A stretch of 64,000 nucleotides of DNA. Origin: Calditrichia bacterium (GTDB taxonomy: Bacteria; Calditrichota; Calditrichia; JAJRVZ01). The position numbers were made by a program, and so were the translations under genes. How positions within the stretch are numbered: position 1 is the first letter of the stretch; each line of letters begins with the position of its first letter. Below are positions 11,212-23,584 of this stretch, in pieces. The stretch spans positions 128,001 to 192,000 of the forward strand of contig CAVZSQ010000013.1 of the NCBI GenBank assembly GCA_963777955.1. Reading direction: 5' to 3'. The notes beneath the pieces are model-generated. The model was not told the DNA's origin, ran no database searches, and was given only the letters and a program-made list of their open reading frames with translations.

Positions 11212-12202
11212 TCAAAGTACCTTAGTCCCTGAGTCCCTTAGTACCTGAGTGTTTTTCTTTGTCTCTTTGTGCCCTTGTGCCTCTGTGTCTTCTATATATT
11301 TATAATATCCAAACCGCAAGCCGCGGTCACTGGCCACCATACTTTCCAAACCGGCAAAATCCAATGTTTCCAGATAGATTAAGGTGCCATAGAGTATTAC
11401 ATCTTCACGCCCCTGGCTTATTCCCGGTTGCTGACGCCGCTGTACCGAGGTTAGGCGATTTAATGATTGAAACAATTCCCTTAATTCATTTTTATGGAGC
11501 ACATAGCCATTAATCCGCCCGGGATCATACACCTCCAGATGTTCCTTGAAAGCTACCAGCGTGGTGATTGTTCCCCCAACCCCGATCAGGACGTGCCCGG
11601 TTTTGATCTTAGGCAAAAAGGAAACCGGTTCTAAACGGTTCCGTATTATTTTTCGTAAATTGGCCTGATCAACTTCATCAAGTTGATCTTTCATTTGAAA
11701 CTGCTCAGCAAGTTCCACTACTCCAAGTGCCAGGCTCACAGATTCCAGGCGGGCCGGATCCTGGCCATAAATAATTTCTGTGCTGCCGCCGCCGACATCC
11801 ATGACTACGGGAATTTTATCCCGCTCCTTTACGGTCTCCCCTGCTCCTAAAAAACTGAACCGGGCTTCCTGCTCGGCACTGATGACCTGCAGTTCCCAGC
11901 CCAACTGTTTCCGGATTAAATCTCTGAATTGTTCAGCATTGCCGGCGCGGCGCAGGGCCGCTGTGCCCAGCAGATGTACGTCATCCACTCCCAGAGTTTT
12001 AATCTCCCGGGCATACAGATTCAACACAGCCATGGTTCTTTCTATCGCTGCGGTACCAAGTTGACCAGAATCAAATACACCTTCTCCCAAACGGCTGACT
12101 TTATACTGCTGCTGCAGTACATCGATTGTTCCCGGTTCAGGCGATTGTCCGATTAATAGCAGTACCGAGTTTGTGCCCAGATCGATGACAGACTCGTTTC
12201 AT
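11212..12202 (-). CDS. ppx: Ppx/GppA phosphatase family protein (shift just after the start codon)
   Basis: IDLGTNSVLLLI; SRLGEG; GTAALRRA.N; EQEAR; MDVGGGSTE; GVGGTITT; GLRFG. Confidence 0.92.
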
Positions 12203-13062
12203 TATTTACTTTTAACCTTAAGTTCAAAAATTATAGCCAGCCATTCCTTTCTTATCTGCTTAGATACAAGGCTGAAACCATGTTTGCCAAACTGTTCTAC
12301 TACGAGCAGCTCATCTGCAGCCAGGAATCCGGAAAGTATTAATTTCCCTCCCCTGTTAAGATAGTCAGGAAAACGGGAGGCATAGTTCAGCAGAACATTT
12401 CTATTAATATTGGCCAGGACTAAATCAAATTCCTGCGGGATCAACTGTTCCAGGGAAGCCAGTCCCAGGTGTACTCCCGGAGAAACTTTATTCAAAGCGG
12501 TATTTTCCATGGCATTTTTAAGTGCGGCAATATCATTGTCTATGGCCGTAACCGATGCGGCGCCAAGTTTATCGGCAATAATGGCCAGGATTCCACTGCC
12601 GGTACCCACATCCAGCACCCGCATACCCGGTTTAAGTTTTTTGACTAAAGCCAGGATCAGCAGTTGTGTACTTTCGTGCTGACCGGTGCCAAAAGCCATT
12701 TGCGGATTAATTACGATTTTCAGATCTGCTTCCCGCGCCGGATATTTTTCCCAGGGCGGCAGAACAACAATTGTATCACCGATACGTAATGGCTTAAAAT
12801 ACTGCTTCCAGCTGTTGGCCCAATCCAGGTCAGAGACAGATTTGATCTGCATATAGCGCCGGTCAAAGCCGGGGATGATCTGGCTGATGAAATCAATTAA
12901 ACCTTTCTGGATTTCCTCCGACCAGTTATTTTTACTGAAATAAACAATAACAGCCTGCTCGTTCAGCTGAACGCCTTCACAGCCCATGGCGAACAAATAA
13001 GCAGAGATATCCTCCAGTTTTTGCTGTGGAATACTTAATTGAATTTCAATCCAACTCATCAT
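12202..13062 (-). CDS. prmA: Ribosomal protein L11 methyltransferase
   Basis: DWANSWKQYF; INPQMAFGTGQHEST; VLDVGTGSGILAI; DLVLANI; LILSG. Confidence 0.96.
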   Translation of the reverse strand: MMSWIEIQLSIPQQKLEDISAYLFAMGCEGVQLNEQAVIVYFSKNNWSEEIQKGLIDFISQIIPGFDRRYMQIKSVSDLDWANSWKQYFKPLRIGDTIVVLPPWEKYPAREADLKIVINPQMAFGTGQHESTQLLILALVKKLKPGMRVLDVGTGSGILAIIADKLGAASVTAIDNDIAALKNAMENTALNKVSPGVHLGLASLEQLIPQEFDLVLANINRNVLLNYASRFPDYLNRGGKLILSGFLAADELLVVEQFGKHGFSLVSKQIRKEWLAIIFELKVKSK

Positions 13063-14000
13063 CGTTCATTATAGATTACGTGCAGGAGTACGGTTCCTAC
13101 CGCCTGTAAACTTTCGCTGCTGCATTTATCGGGAGTATCAGCGAGGGTATGCCAGAAGCGTTGTGAAGCATCCGGATAGTTAAAATCGATAATATCGATG
13201 CAGGGGATCCCCTGGTCGATCAGCATACGGTGGTCGTCATTGACATAATCACCCACTTTATTTTCAAATTGATAAATCCCTAAACTGGCTGCTGTGCTCC
13301 AGATTTTTTGAACTATATGGGGCAGGTATTCCTGTGAAAATCCCTCGATGGGAATAGCCAGCTGGGCGTCGCCGATCATATCCAGCAGGATGCCGTAGCG
13401 CGGCCGGTAATTGCGCATGACACCGGCAAAATAACGGGATCCCAGGAAATATTCCTCCAGGTAGCCTTCCCGGCCGTAATCCTCGCCGTCGAACAGAATG
13501 ATATCCACGCCAATCTCCGGACTGGCGTCCTGAAAACATTTAGCCAGCTCCAGTAATACCGCCACACCCGAGGCGCCGTCATTGGCCCCCGGAATCGGTT
13601 TGTCCCGGTTTTCCGCTGCTGGATCCCGGTCGGCAACGGGACGGGAATCCCAGTGTGCTGCCAGAAAAATACGCTGACTGCTCTTGACATTAAAAGCAGC
13701 CAGTAAATTGGTCATCATGATGTATTTGTTTCTAACCTGATCATGGTATTGAAAGGATTGGCGGACAACTTTGTCAGCAGATTGCTGTAATTCTTTTTCC
13801 AGGAAAAGCAGGCATTTTTTTGAAGCCTCACTGCCGGGCACCCGCGGACCAAAATCACATTGTGCCTGCAGATAGATCATGGCCTGCTGACCGTCAAAAT
13901 CAGGAATGTTTTTACCGCAAAATCCGAAATTTGAACCTAGTATAAATAGTAACAGGACTATACCCAGACCAGGTGTACCTATTTTTTTCATCTGTGTCAC
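13059..14000 (-). CDS. M28 family zinc enzyme, glutaminyl-peptide cyclotransferase-like, probable lipoprotein
   Basis: QCDFGPRVPGS; AAHWDSR; GANDGASGVAVLLE; FDGEDYG; LLDMIG; DDH; WHT..D; Cys after the hydrophobic leader. Confidence 0.85.
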   Translation of the reverse strand: MTQMKKIGTPGLGIVLLLFILGSNFGFCGKNIPDFDGQQAMIYLQAQCDFGPRVPGSEASKKCLLFLEKELQQSADKVVRQSFQYHDQVRNKYIMMTNLLAAFNVKSSQRIFLAAHWDSRPVADRDPAAENRDKPIPGANDGASGVAVLLELAKCFQDASPEIGVDIILFDGEDYGREGYLEEYFLGSRYFAGVMRNYRPRYGILLDMIGDAQLAIPIEGFSQEYLPHIVQKIWSTAASLGIYQFENKVGDYVNDDHRMLIDQGIPCIDIIDFNYPDASQRFWHTLADTPDKCSSESLQAVGTVLLHVIYNER

Positions 14001-14048
14001 AACCTCGAGCTATTCCCGAATTATTGTAAAATTGATAAACATATAGTA

Positions 14049-17000
14049 CTAATCACGTATCGCAATATTTACCGATATTCCAAATTCATTCCAACTATAT
14101 TTACCGCTTATTTTATTCTCGGTGATCCCGGTTTCATAGAACATGCTGCCTGATACGCGGGTATTGAAGCGATAGGTCGCCGAAGGCCGCAGTTTCCAAC
14201 TGCTGTTATTCTGGGTTTCCTGAAAATTTCCCTGGTTGATCTGCTTTTGAAAAGTCTTATTGGATGACTTATCGAAAGCCAGGGTGAAGTTGATCTCGTT
14301 CTTAAAAGATTTACCTTTAAAAGGCCAGATTGGAATTGGAATTTTAAAGCCCCCCTTGGTGGCGTAAGAAGTCTGAGATGGTAAACGAACCGGTTTCCGT
14401 TCGTGAAGAACCACCGGCCGCCTGAAAACTATAACTGGTGCTGTTATTAAGACGGACAGATGAGGTCAAACCAATTTTCCAGCCGATTTGTAAACCCACA
14501 AATGGTTGATAATTATGAGTGAAGGTTTCAGTGGCCGGCACCAGTTCGTTGTTGGCGAATCTCTTTGTTGTGGCATATTTCCCGCTGCGGGCATGTTCCA
14601 GAGATACGGTTTTGGCAAAAGCCGGAAAGAATAAAAATTTTTCCAGACCTCCGATTTTGACATTCCAATCCGGAACAAAACTGAGCATATCCTTCAATAC
14701 CCCTTTGAACTCTTTGCTGGGATCCTTGCCCCAGGCCAGGTAGGTGACCGATTCATTACCGGAACGGGTGGTATTATTTCTGGAAGTGGACTTGGCCCAG
14801 TCATGACTGAAAGTCGTAGTCACATTCTTGGCTATATTGAAGGATACCGATGAATGTAATGCTTTATTATCCGTTACATTGGGTCCGATAAAAACCCCTT
14901 TGTTTAAAGATGTATCCTGGGCTACTCCCGGATTCCTGGTCAGACCGAACTGATAGTCCCAGGCAGGCATGTCCATAATAAAAAAATTTGTCGTGTTTTC
15001 ATCCCAGCTGTAACTGGTTTGTACTTTTTCCCAGGCATTAAAAATGGTATAAAGCCAGCGCAGCGGATTAAGCACCTGGGGATCAAGTTTTGGTTTTTTG
15101 CTCTTCTCTTCAGTTTTTGTTTCCGCAGCCTCTTTCTCTTTTTCCTTTTCCTTGGTTTCCTCTTCTGTAGCCGGTTTAGCCTTATCCTTTGCGGAAGCAG
15201 GCCGGCGGGGGCGCGACGTACCTTCCTCTGTTTTCTTTTTGGGTGTATAAATAAGATTGGTGACCTTGCTGGGATTAAATGAAAAATCCATCCGGCGCGA
15301 GATACGGTTGCTGCTTTGTTTCTGGTTTGTAGTCAGATTGGTTATATAATACTGAAAATTAGTCCCGTAGGAAACTCCTACATCCAGCCAGTTGACCAGC
15401 GTCGGTTTATAATCCGCTTTGAATCCCTGGGCAACATCGGTATCCTTGCCAAAATCTAATTTAGTAAGAATCGATTCTATTAACCTTGCACCGGTTAAAC
15501 CAACGTAATCGCCATTGGCCTTATAATTACGATTATAACCCAGATTGATACTGGGCAGTAAACGGTAACTCAAAGTGACGCCACGGGTCGATATAGTACT
15601 GGTTCTATAGGTAATCTTCGACTCGCTGCGCAGTTTATCTTTTTGCTTGCTATCCGAGATATTCAGGTTCATACTCATTGACGCAGGAGTGTAATAGATT
15701 TTCTGATCAGCCAGATATTTCAGCACCGGCAGGGTTGACAACGATTTGAACGGAGCGACAAAATTGTTCTTGCCGAAAGGCACATTATAGGAAAGCGACT
15801 GGTGCCATTGCTTTGATTCACTGATCTCGGTCTGATAATTCCGGCTGTTTTTATAGGAATAATCCACATCAATGGCCAGCTGGTCGACCGTATAACGCAG
15901 CATCCAGAATCCCGAAGGTGCTCTTTTTTTGATTGTTGTACCGATGCCATAAACTTCAGAATAGGAGATCTGACTATCCAGATCGGGATCCAGTTTTCTG
16001 AGCCCGAACAATGACATCAGTTTTTTATCGATACTATTATTATTATACCTGGTCAGCACGTCTGTCTGCGGAAAATACTTGGGGATATTCCGGCTGAAGG
16101 CAGCCCGGGCATCAATCGGTATTGAAAAATTCCAACTGTCCGGCAGCAGACGGTCAAAATTAAAAACTCCGGAATAATTCTGAGATTCAATTGTATTGCC
16201 CGCTCCGAATTGTGTTTTGATATCATGGAAATCTGCATCCACACTTTCCCAGTTGCCGTTGAAACTGAACAAGTCGGCTACCTTCAGACTGGCACTCAGC
16301 CGCATAGCAGTCCCTGACTCCTGCCGCACATCGGTCACCCGCATTTCATCAAACCATATTTCACCATTGTAGGATCGGATCTGATCACGGTTTTTGACAC
16401 CGATCCGGAAATAACGAATAGTAGTGAGTTTTGGATTCCCCATTACTTTATAATAACCGGCCGGCTTATCGGCCAGATATTGTATCCAGATATTTTTGGC
16501 TACCGGATCCAGGAATTTGGTTTTTGACAGTTGATCCAGATCGATATCAAAATTATTTAAACTCGTCCAGCCGGCATAGATATCCTGGCCATATTCATAA
16601 TAATTATTTGCATCCGCGCCAAAACGGATGAAGACACGAATCCGGCTGCTGTCCTGAATTGGATTAGACGGCAAATTCTGATCACCATGAACGAACATCC
16701 GTATCCGGCGGTAGTTGACCAGGGACATAATATCGCCATACAAAGTTTTATAGGCTATTGCCGATTCCCCCGGTTTCAGGTCGCTGATGCGCAGAACCAT
16801 CGATTGCTCTTTGGACATGGCTTTGGTGATACGATCCCGTACACCGCTTACTCCCGGCGGCGAGGTATAAGGTTCCGGTCCGCCCGGTATAAAAGTTGCA
16901 TTTTCTTCGCTATTATAAACGGTAATCGAAAATAATGAATCGTTTATAACGTACTTGGCAGTATCCTGGACCGCAATTCCTTCTTCTTCCCACTCATTGC

Positions 17001-20000
17001 CGATAAAATCAAAGGTGGCAATTTTAAGTTTTTTTCTTTCTGTAGTGAGATTACTGAACCATACCCGGACATAATAAATAGATTGAAATGTTGTATCTGG
17101 TTCACCGACTTTACTCATATATTCTTTTAAAGGGATGCGGTATTGCCGCCAGCCTGCTGCCGTTGATCCGGTCAGCCATTTTTTGGAAATTTCATCCCGG
17201 GGATCGAGAGTAAAACTGTATTCGAAATATTCGTTGATTAAATCGACTTTACCGTTCCCATCCAGGTCCTCGGTATCCGGATAATTGGACTGCTGGACCT
17301 CCGAATTGCCTTCGGTGCCATTGATGCCGTCATAGTTGGCAGTTTCCCGATCGATATTGAACCAGTTATCCAGAGGATCATCGCCAATTTGCCCCGAAGG
17401 TATTCCATCAACACCGGTATCTTCGCCTTCATCCAGCACTCCGTTGATGTTTACATCTTCAGAATTCAAGCCACGCCAGCCTGGGGTAACCGTAAACCAC
17501 CTGGTCATTATTTACGGTTTTCATCCACCAGTCTTCGGAAATTTGTCCGATGTCGATATTAATGCGCACATACTCCGGATCAGTTGCGGTGGTATCTTCT
17601 TTTATCCACATCTCGATGAATTTGGTACGCTGCTGGTTGGCAAAACTGGCCGTGGAACGCATGATTCCGTCCCAACTGCCGTCCGCATCCTGCTCGGCAT
17701 TGCGCCAGACCTCCAGGCCCAGCACATCGGTATACTGGCCGGTTTCGGCATTCACATCCCGGTTTGGCCAGATATCTTTAATCCTGACCTGGCTGAACGG
17801 ATTGAACCAGATCAGCCGGCCGCGCTGCTGGTCAGCTACGGTATCCAGTATTTCGGCTTCATTAATAACCTTGGGCGGACTGGCCCGGGTCCAGTTCATA
17901 AAACGGATACCCAGAGTGGTACTGCGTTTGGTACCTTCAAAATCATCCAGATAAGCCACCCCGTTATTATCGCCGGTCGAAGAATTATTCAAGGTATTCG
18001 GATCGGGCAGGATCTGGGCAAATTCTGCTTCCAGGTCAAGGGTCGAGGGATCGGTGGTTTCGATCAGGGGCAAAGCATCGACCATCTTGGTAAGAAATTT
18101 AGGTTTAAATTTAAGGGCGGTATTTATATCCCAGACAAAATTGCTGAATGGTTCCTGCCCTATTCTGACCCGCTGCTCCAGTGTCGACCGGTTCATGTAT
18201 AAAGCTGTGAGTGCAATAAAAGAATCGTCCAGAAAACGAAACTCTCCCCGTCCGCCAAAGATGGTTTTTTTATCCAGCTGAAAGATAGTCGCTTTTTCAT
18301 ACTTGATCTCCAGATTTGAACTGGAGCGTTTAGCCCGGGCGGAGACCAGGGTCAGTTGCCCGGTAAAATAGTCAATCAGATAGTCTTCATTCCGGTTTAA
18401 CTTGGCACCATTGAGCAGAACCTCTTCACTCCCCTCCAGAACGTTGAATCCCAACTCAAAAACCGATTTTATACTTTTTGAACTTACCACTATTTCAAAT
18501 TTGGTCAGATTCACCCGGTCATTCTGATTATTGGTGTCATAAATCCGAACCCGGTTGGTATCGGCCAGACCTTCTTGTCCCGGCTTGCTGGGATCGTTGG
18601 CAAACCGGCTACCCGGCAGCGGATTGAAAGGCTGGATGCAGGGAAAGATCAGAACACCCAGATCAAGATCAATCAGAAATGGATTATTATCTACTTTTTT
18701 ATCCCCCCCTTCGACGATACTTTTGTTTTCATCCACGCGGTCCAGCCCCATCAGATTAAGAAAAGTTTTACTCGGTTCAACCAGCTGCCTCGTTTCATGT
18801 TCACCACCCAGATTATACTCGATGCTGAGATCAAAACCCTGTTCTTCGATGCTTGAACCACCCAGAGAATAGACATTACGCATCATCAGCGGCCATACTT
18901 CGGTATAAGTCGGTTGTAATGTCTGGGGTTTAATCATACGCATGATAAGACGGACGGGTAGTATCGGCATAACATCGAAAATAAAGTTCCGACATGATCG
19001 TATCAGTTCTTATAAGCCACGGCCAGAATTTCCTTGTCCTGTACCGCCTGGGTCAACCAGAAAAAACCACGGGCATTATCATAATCATAGTCCTTGCCAC
19101 GTTCCAGACAGTATGAATTTCCCGCTTTCCACCTTTCCGGCAATTGTCTTCTACCGTATCAGTATTTATTATCTGTGCATATCTGGGATTATTAGGATCG
19201 ATCACCGCCAGTCCCTGTCGGGCATTGGTATTGGAGTAGGCAATCGATTTGTATACATCAAATTCCCTGATTAATTTTGAGTCGAGATAAAACCATTGCT
19301 GCAGATCATCCGAAAAACCTTCTTCAAAATAATCTTTATAGTACGTATCGATGAAAAAATAGCGGTCGCGTACAAAATCATAGTCATGCACGGTGACTTT
19401 GTTTTCACTGCTGCTGCCGGAAATGGATAATTTCTGCTGTTCCCCTTTCTCCAGTGAGGCGATACTGGTCAGATAAAAATTACCCAACTGCATTTCCGAT
19501 TTAATACCAAACAATCCTTTATTGGAACCGCCGAAAATAACGTACTTCGTGGATGGCAGGGATAAACCTATATTACCGGCTTCGATGCTGCGGATGATCT
19601 CATCTTCGTCGCCGTCATAGCGCAGTTTGAGGGTATTCTCGAAATCGAAAGTAGCCTCGCTGTTCTGTTCAACAGAAACCGTTACTTTTTCACCTATTTT
19701 TCCCTCGATGGTGAACTGCTGGGTTTGATTAAAGCGCGGGCTGAAACTCCCCGTCTGCTGCAAGCGGCTGATGGCCACACCCGATCTTTTCTCCGACCGG
19801 CCGGATAAATCGAAAGAAATATTACCGGTCACCCGCAAGCGCACCCGGTCGCTGCCGAAAATACGGGTAAAGGTGGCATTTTTAATCCGCACCGGGATCT
19901 CCAGTTCCAGGGCGCCCCCCTCTGTTTCTTCCGCTTCCACAACTTTTTTTATCGCCGCCTGTTTCCATAATTCCCGCTGATCAAACTTCAGACGCATATT

Positions 20001-20321
20001 GATATAGGTTTCCAAATCCACCACCAGTGGTAAATTCAGTTCAGTTTTATCGACAGACTCGGTGATGCTGATAAAGGCACCGCTTGAATCCATTACGGCA
20101 ATACGCTTAAAATAGGGGGGTTTGGCTTTGAACAGGGTTGAATCTAATCCGTAACCGCTGAGTCCTAAATACTCAGGGGTAAACAGTTGTACGATTCTCC
20201 CGGGCGGATTTAATTGCAGACCGATTTCTGCAGTCAGAATTGCCGGGCAGCAGAGTACAATCAATATACCAATACGGGAGAGTCGGAGGAGCCTAGTCTC
20301 CCACCAGTTAAATCTGCTCAC
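14049..20321 (-). CDS. sprA: T9SS outer-membrane translocon SprA/Sov (~2,090 aa, four frameshifted pieces)
   Basis: IEGKIGEKV; LRYDGDEDEIIRSIEAGNIGLSLP; LFGIKSEMQLG; YLDDFEG; IGQISED; TEDLDGNG; WRQYRIPL; EIWFDEMRV; beta-strand C-terminus. Confidence 0.92.
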
Positions 20322-20583
20322 AGAACTATGCTAATTATCCACTTTATAAATGACTCCGTAGCAAGTTCTCGTTAGGCAATCCTCCAATTAAAGGTTGGAA
20401 ATATAATTTACGAATATACTTAACCGCTATTATTAATTCAAGCCATTTATAGTCCTGAATGACCTGGTAATGATTATCCCGGCCGGTTAATTTATTATCG
20501 TCTGTTTATTAATCTGGTAAACCGCTGATCACGAAAAAAGTTCTGGCACTATTAATAATTTTTTATCAGTAAAAAATGTCCGG

Positions 20584-20673
20584 CTGTCATTTCGACCGAA
20601 GGGAGAAATCTGGTCACTTGAAAAACAAAGATTCTTCCTTAATCAGGTAAACCGGATTTCGTCAGAATGACAG
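20584..20673. repeat. REP-like inverted-repeat element (TGTCAT...ATGACA)
   Basis: CTGTCATTTCGACCGAAGGGAGAAATCT ... AGATT...GTCAGAATGACAG; related half-elements at 45493-45541 and 62895-62943. Confidence 0.7.
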
Positions 20674-20768
20674 TACCGGGAATGATTAAAGTCTGTCGAT
20701 GCCGCCCCCCGAGTTATGATTAGAACTTCATTTGATTTTTATGTATATTGAATACATTAAGTTAGTGC

Positions 20769-22264
20769 ATGCTTATGAAAATTTTGACCCGTTATATTAT
20801 CCGCGAACATATTCCGCCGTTCATTTTTTCCATGGCCATTATAATGTTCCTTTTTCTGATGCAATTCATGCTGAAATATATCACTAAAATTTTCGGTAAA
20901 GGGCTCTCGTATTTCACGATTATTGAACTGGTTTTTTACAACCTGGCCTGGATGTTTGCTCTGGCTGTACCGATGGCCGTGCTCATAGCCGCGTTGATGT
21001 CGTTCGGGCGGTTTTCCGCTGACAATGAGATCACCATCTTAAAATCATGCGGTATCAGCGTCTATCGCATCATCAACCCGGCCCTGTTTTTTGCCGGATT
21101 TATCACTATTGCCATGATACTGTTTAACGATAAGGTATTGCCAGACTTTAATCATCGTGCCCGGGTTATGTTTTCTAATATCGGCCAAAAAAAGGCAACG
21201 CTGAAATTGGAACCGGGCATATTCTTTTCATTGGACCGCTATTCATTTTATGTTGACAAAATGGATAAAACTCTCGGTGAAGAACTCGATGATCGCACCA
21301 ATCTTCTGGGCCCCGAATATGATGTGGAAACCAGACCCGATAAATTGTTGAATATCTCGATCTTCGATCATAGCAACAATACCAAAACAGTCACGATTAC
21401 CGCGGCCGAGGGGTACATGGTATATTCCCAAATCCGCAAAAGTCTGATCTTTACCCTGTTCGAAGGTGAATATCATGAATTGAATAACCTGAATCCCGAG
21501 GAATACCGTTTTTCTCATTTCTCCCGGAATATCTTTTATATCCCCGCTCCGGAGTTTGCCTTCGAGAATAAAGAAGATAGTTATCGCGGAGATCGCGAGA
21601 TGAACATAGACATGATGAGTGCGAGAGTCGACACCAGTTATAAGAAGATGCGCCAGGAACAGCAGCAAATCGTACAGACTTTCAAGAAATACTGGCAGCC
21701 GATTGCCGTGAATATGAATGCCGTCAGCATCCGCAGTTCTGCGACCATCTGCTGAAAATGAGGTAAAGAATCAGTCGCTGCTGGAGCAGGTGAATAATGC
21801 TATTTTCACCCGCGGTGCTGAACGGGCGCATCGCAAAATCAACCGGCTCTATCAGAGTTTACGTTCGTCCCAGAGCAAAATTGAGAGTAATCGCGAAATA
21901 ATTAACCGGTACATGGTCGAAATCCATAAAAAATTTTCTATTCCCTTTGCCAGTATTGTTTTTATTTTAATAGGCGCTCCGCTGGGTATCGCAGCCCGCC
22001 GCGGCAGTTTAGGTATGGGAGCAACATTGAGTATTATTTTCTTCCTGATCTACTGGTCCTTTTTAATACTGGGAGAAGACCTGGCTGACCGGGAGTTGCT
22101 TACCCCTTTATTGGCCATGTGGTTTCCGAATATACTGATCGGTACAGCGGGCACTGTATATGACCTGGCGAACCATAAAGGGAACCACCATCATCCAGTG
22201 GGAAAATTTAGGTTTAAAATTGAAAGCATGGCTAAAGGAACGAAGATTTTTCAAAAAATCATAA
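20769..22264 (+). CDS. lptF: LPS export ABC permease LptF (two frameshifts)
   Basis: MKILTRYIIRE; LAVPMAVLIAALMSFGRFSADNEITILKSCGIS; EIHKKFSIPFAS..LIGAPLG; MWFPN. Confidence 0.9.
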
Positions 22265-22296
22265 CAGATAAAATTCATTCAAATCGATTATAGCTC

Positions 22297-23373
22297 ATGA
22301 CCATTCTTGACAGATATTTAGTAAAAAAATTTATTTTTAATCTACTCTTCGGTATTTTTGCCTTTGTGATCGTTTTCCTGGTGATCGATTTAGTTGAAAA
22401 TATCGATAAATTCCTCGACCTCAAGGTTAAATTTGTCACAATTCTCATCTATTATCTTTACTATATCCCCTATATTGTCAGCCTTACTCTACCGATGTCC
22501 ATGTTGTTGGCCTGCCTGTTTGCTTTGGGCAGTATGTCCCAGCACAATGAAATTATTGCCCAGAAAAGTGCGGGTATCAGTTTGTACCGTATTACCCTGC
22601 CTTTACTTGTACTGGCCCTGCTAATCAGCGTGCTATCCGGATTTTTCAACGAAATGGTAGTCCCGGTCACGAACCAGGCTCGCCTCGATATCTACCGTTA
22701 TGATATAAAAAATAATCCCCGCAGCATCGGTACAAAGCGTAACAATATTTATATCCAGGACCTCAAAAACCGCAAGGTTTCCATTGCCTATTTCAACGGA
22801 AACACCAAAGAAGCCCTGACGGTCAGTATACAGTACTTTAACGGTCCGTTGCTGGTGCGGCGTCTTGATGCAAAAAAAATGCACTGGCAGGATTCCACCT
22901 GGGTACTGCAGGATATCGTCGAGCGTACGATCACGGACACCGTCGAGAACCTGAGTTCTTATCCGCAACTGATAATGAATGATCTGAATTTTAAACCGGA
23001 AAGTCTGCTGGAAGTCCAGAAGAATCCGGAAGAGATGAGTTACAGCGAATTGAAAATTTTCATTGCCGAAATGGATCGGATCGGGGCAGAAATCAGAAAA
23101 TGGGTGGTCGAACTTTATTTGAAGATATCTTACCCCTTCTCCAATTTTATTATAATCCTGTTTGGTGCACCTATTGCTGCCCAGAAAAGAAGAAGCGGTA
23201 CAGCGGTCGGTATAGGGATAAGTCTGATGGTATGCTTTATTTATTTCATGATCATGCGCACCGGCCAGGTGTTGGGACATCAGGGAACCATCGTACCCTG
23301 GCTGGCAGCCTGGATCGGTAATATTATTTTTGGCCTGGCGGGTATTTTTATCATGATTAAAGTACGTAAATAA
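22297..23373 (+). CDS. lptG: LPS export ABC permease LptG
   Basis: MTILDRYL; LPMSMLLA..HNEIIA..SAGISL; KISYPF; AAWIGNIIF. Confidence 0.92.
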   Translation: MTILDRYLVKKFIFNLLFGIFAFVIVFLVIDLVENIDKFLDLKVKFVTILIYYLYYIPYIVSLTLPMSMLLACLFALGSMSQHNEIIAQKSAGISLYRITLPLLVLALLISVLSGFFNEMVVPVTNQARLDIYRYDIKNNPRSIGTKRNNIYIQDLKNRKVSIAYFNGNTKEALTVSIQYFNGPLLVRRLDAKKMHWQDSTWVLQDIVERTITDTVENLSSYPQLIMNDLNFKPESLLEVQKNPEEMSYSELKIFIAEMDRIGAEIRKWVVELYLKISYPFSNFIIILFGAPIAAQKRRSGTAVGIGISLMVCFIYFMIMRTGQVLGHQGTIVPWLAAWIGNIIFGLAGIFIMIKVRK

Positions 23374-23376
23374 TAA

Positions 23377-23408
23377 GGGACAGAGAGACAAAGAGACAAA
23401 GGGACAAT
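23377..23408 (+). repeat. Tandem octamer repeat G(A/G)GACA(A/G)(A/T) x4
   Basis: GGGACAGA GAGACAAA GAGACAAA GGGACAAT directly after the lptG stop. Confidence 0.8.
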
Positions 23409-23472
23409 GTAGGCACTTAAATATGCGCCCTTATCGAAATACGACAAAAGCGAATTAAATAACCCACCCCCT

Positions 23473-23510
23473 GCCCCTCCCTGTCAGCCAATAGGCTGAC
23501 AGGGAGGGGC
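23473..23510. repeat. Perfect 17-bp-stem palindrome (REP-like)
   Basis: GCCCCTCCCTGTCAGCC-AATA-GGCTGACAGGGAGGGGC. Confidence 0.8.
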
Positions 23511-23525
23511 CAGGGATCATACATG

Positions 23526-23570
23526 AAAAAAAAGGCCTGTCCGGCGAATGCCGGACAGGCCTTTTTCTTT
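23526..23570. terminator. Bidirectional intrinsic terminator between lptG and the giant gene
   Basis: A8-GGCCTGTCCGGC-GAAT-GCCGGACAGGCC-TTTTTCTTT between convergent genes. Confidence 0.9.
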
Positions 23571-23584
23571 ACTTAAAACTATGA

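Noticed and set aside
17336..18202. 288-aa plus-strand ORF inside sprA, and similar ORFs at 22633-23391 and 55907-56575
   Set aside because: Each is fully antisense to a well-supported gene and has no motifs
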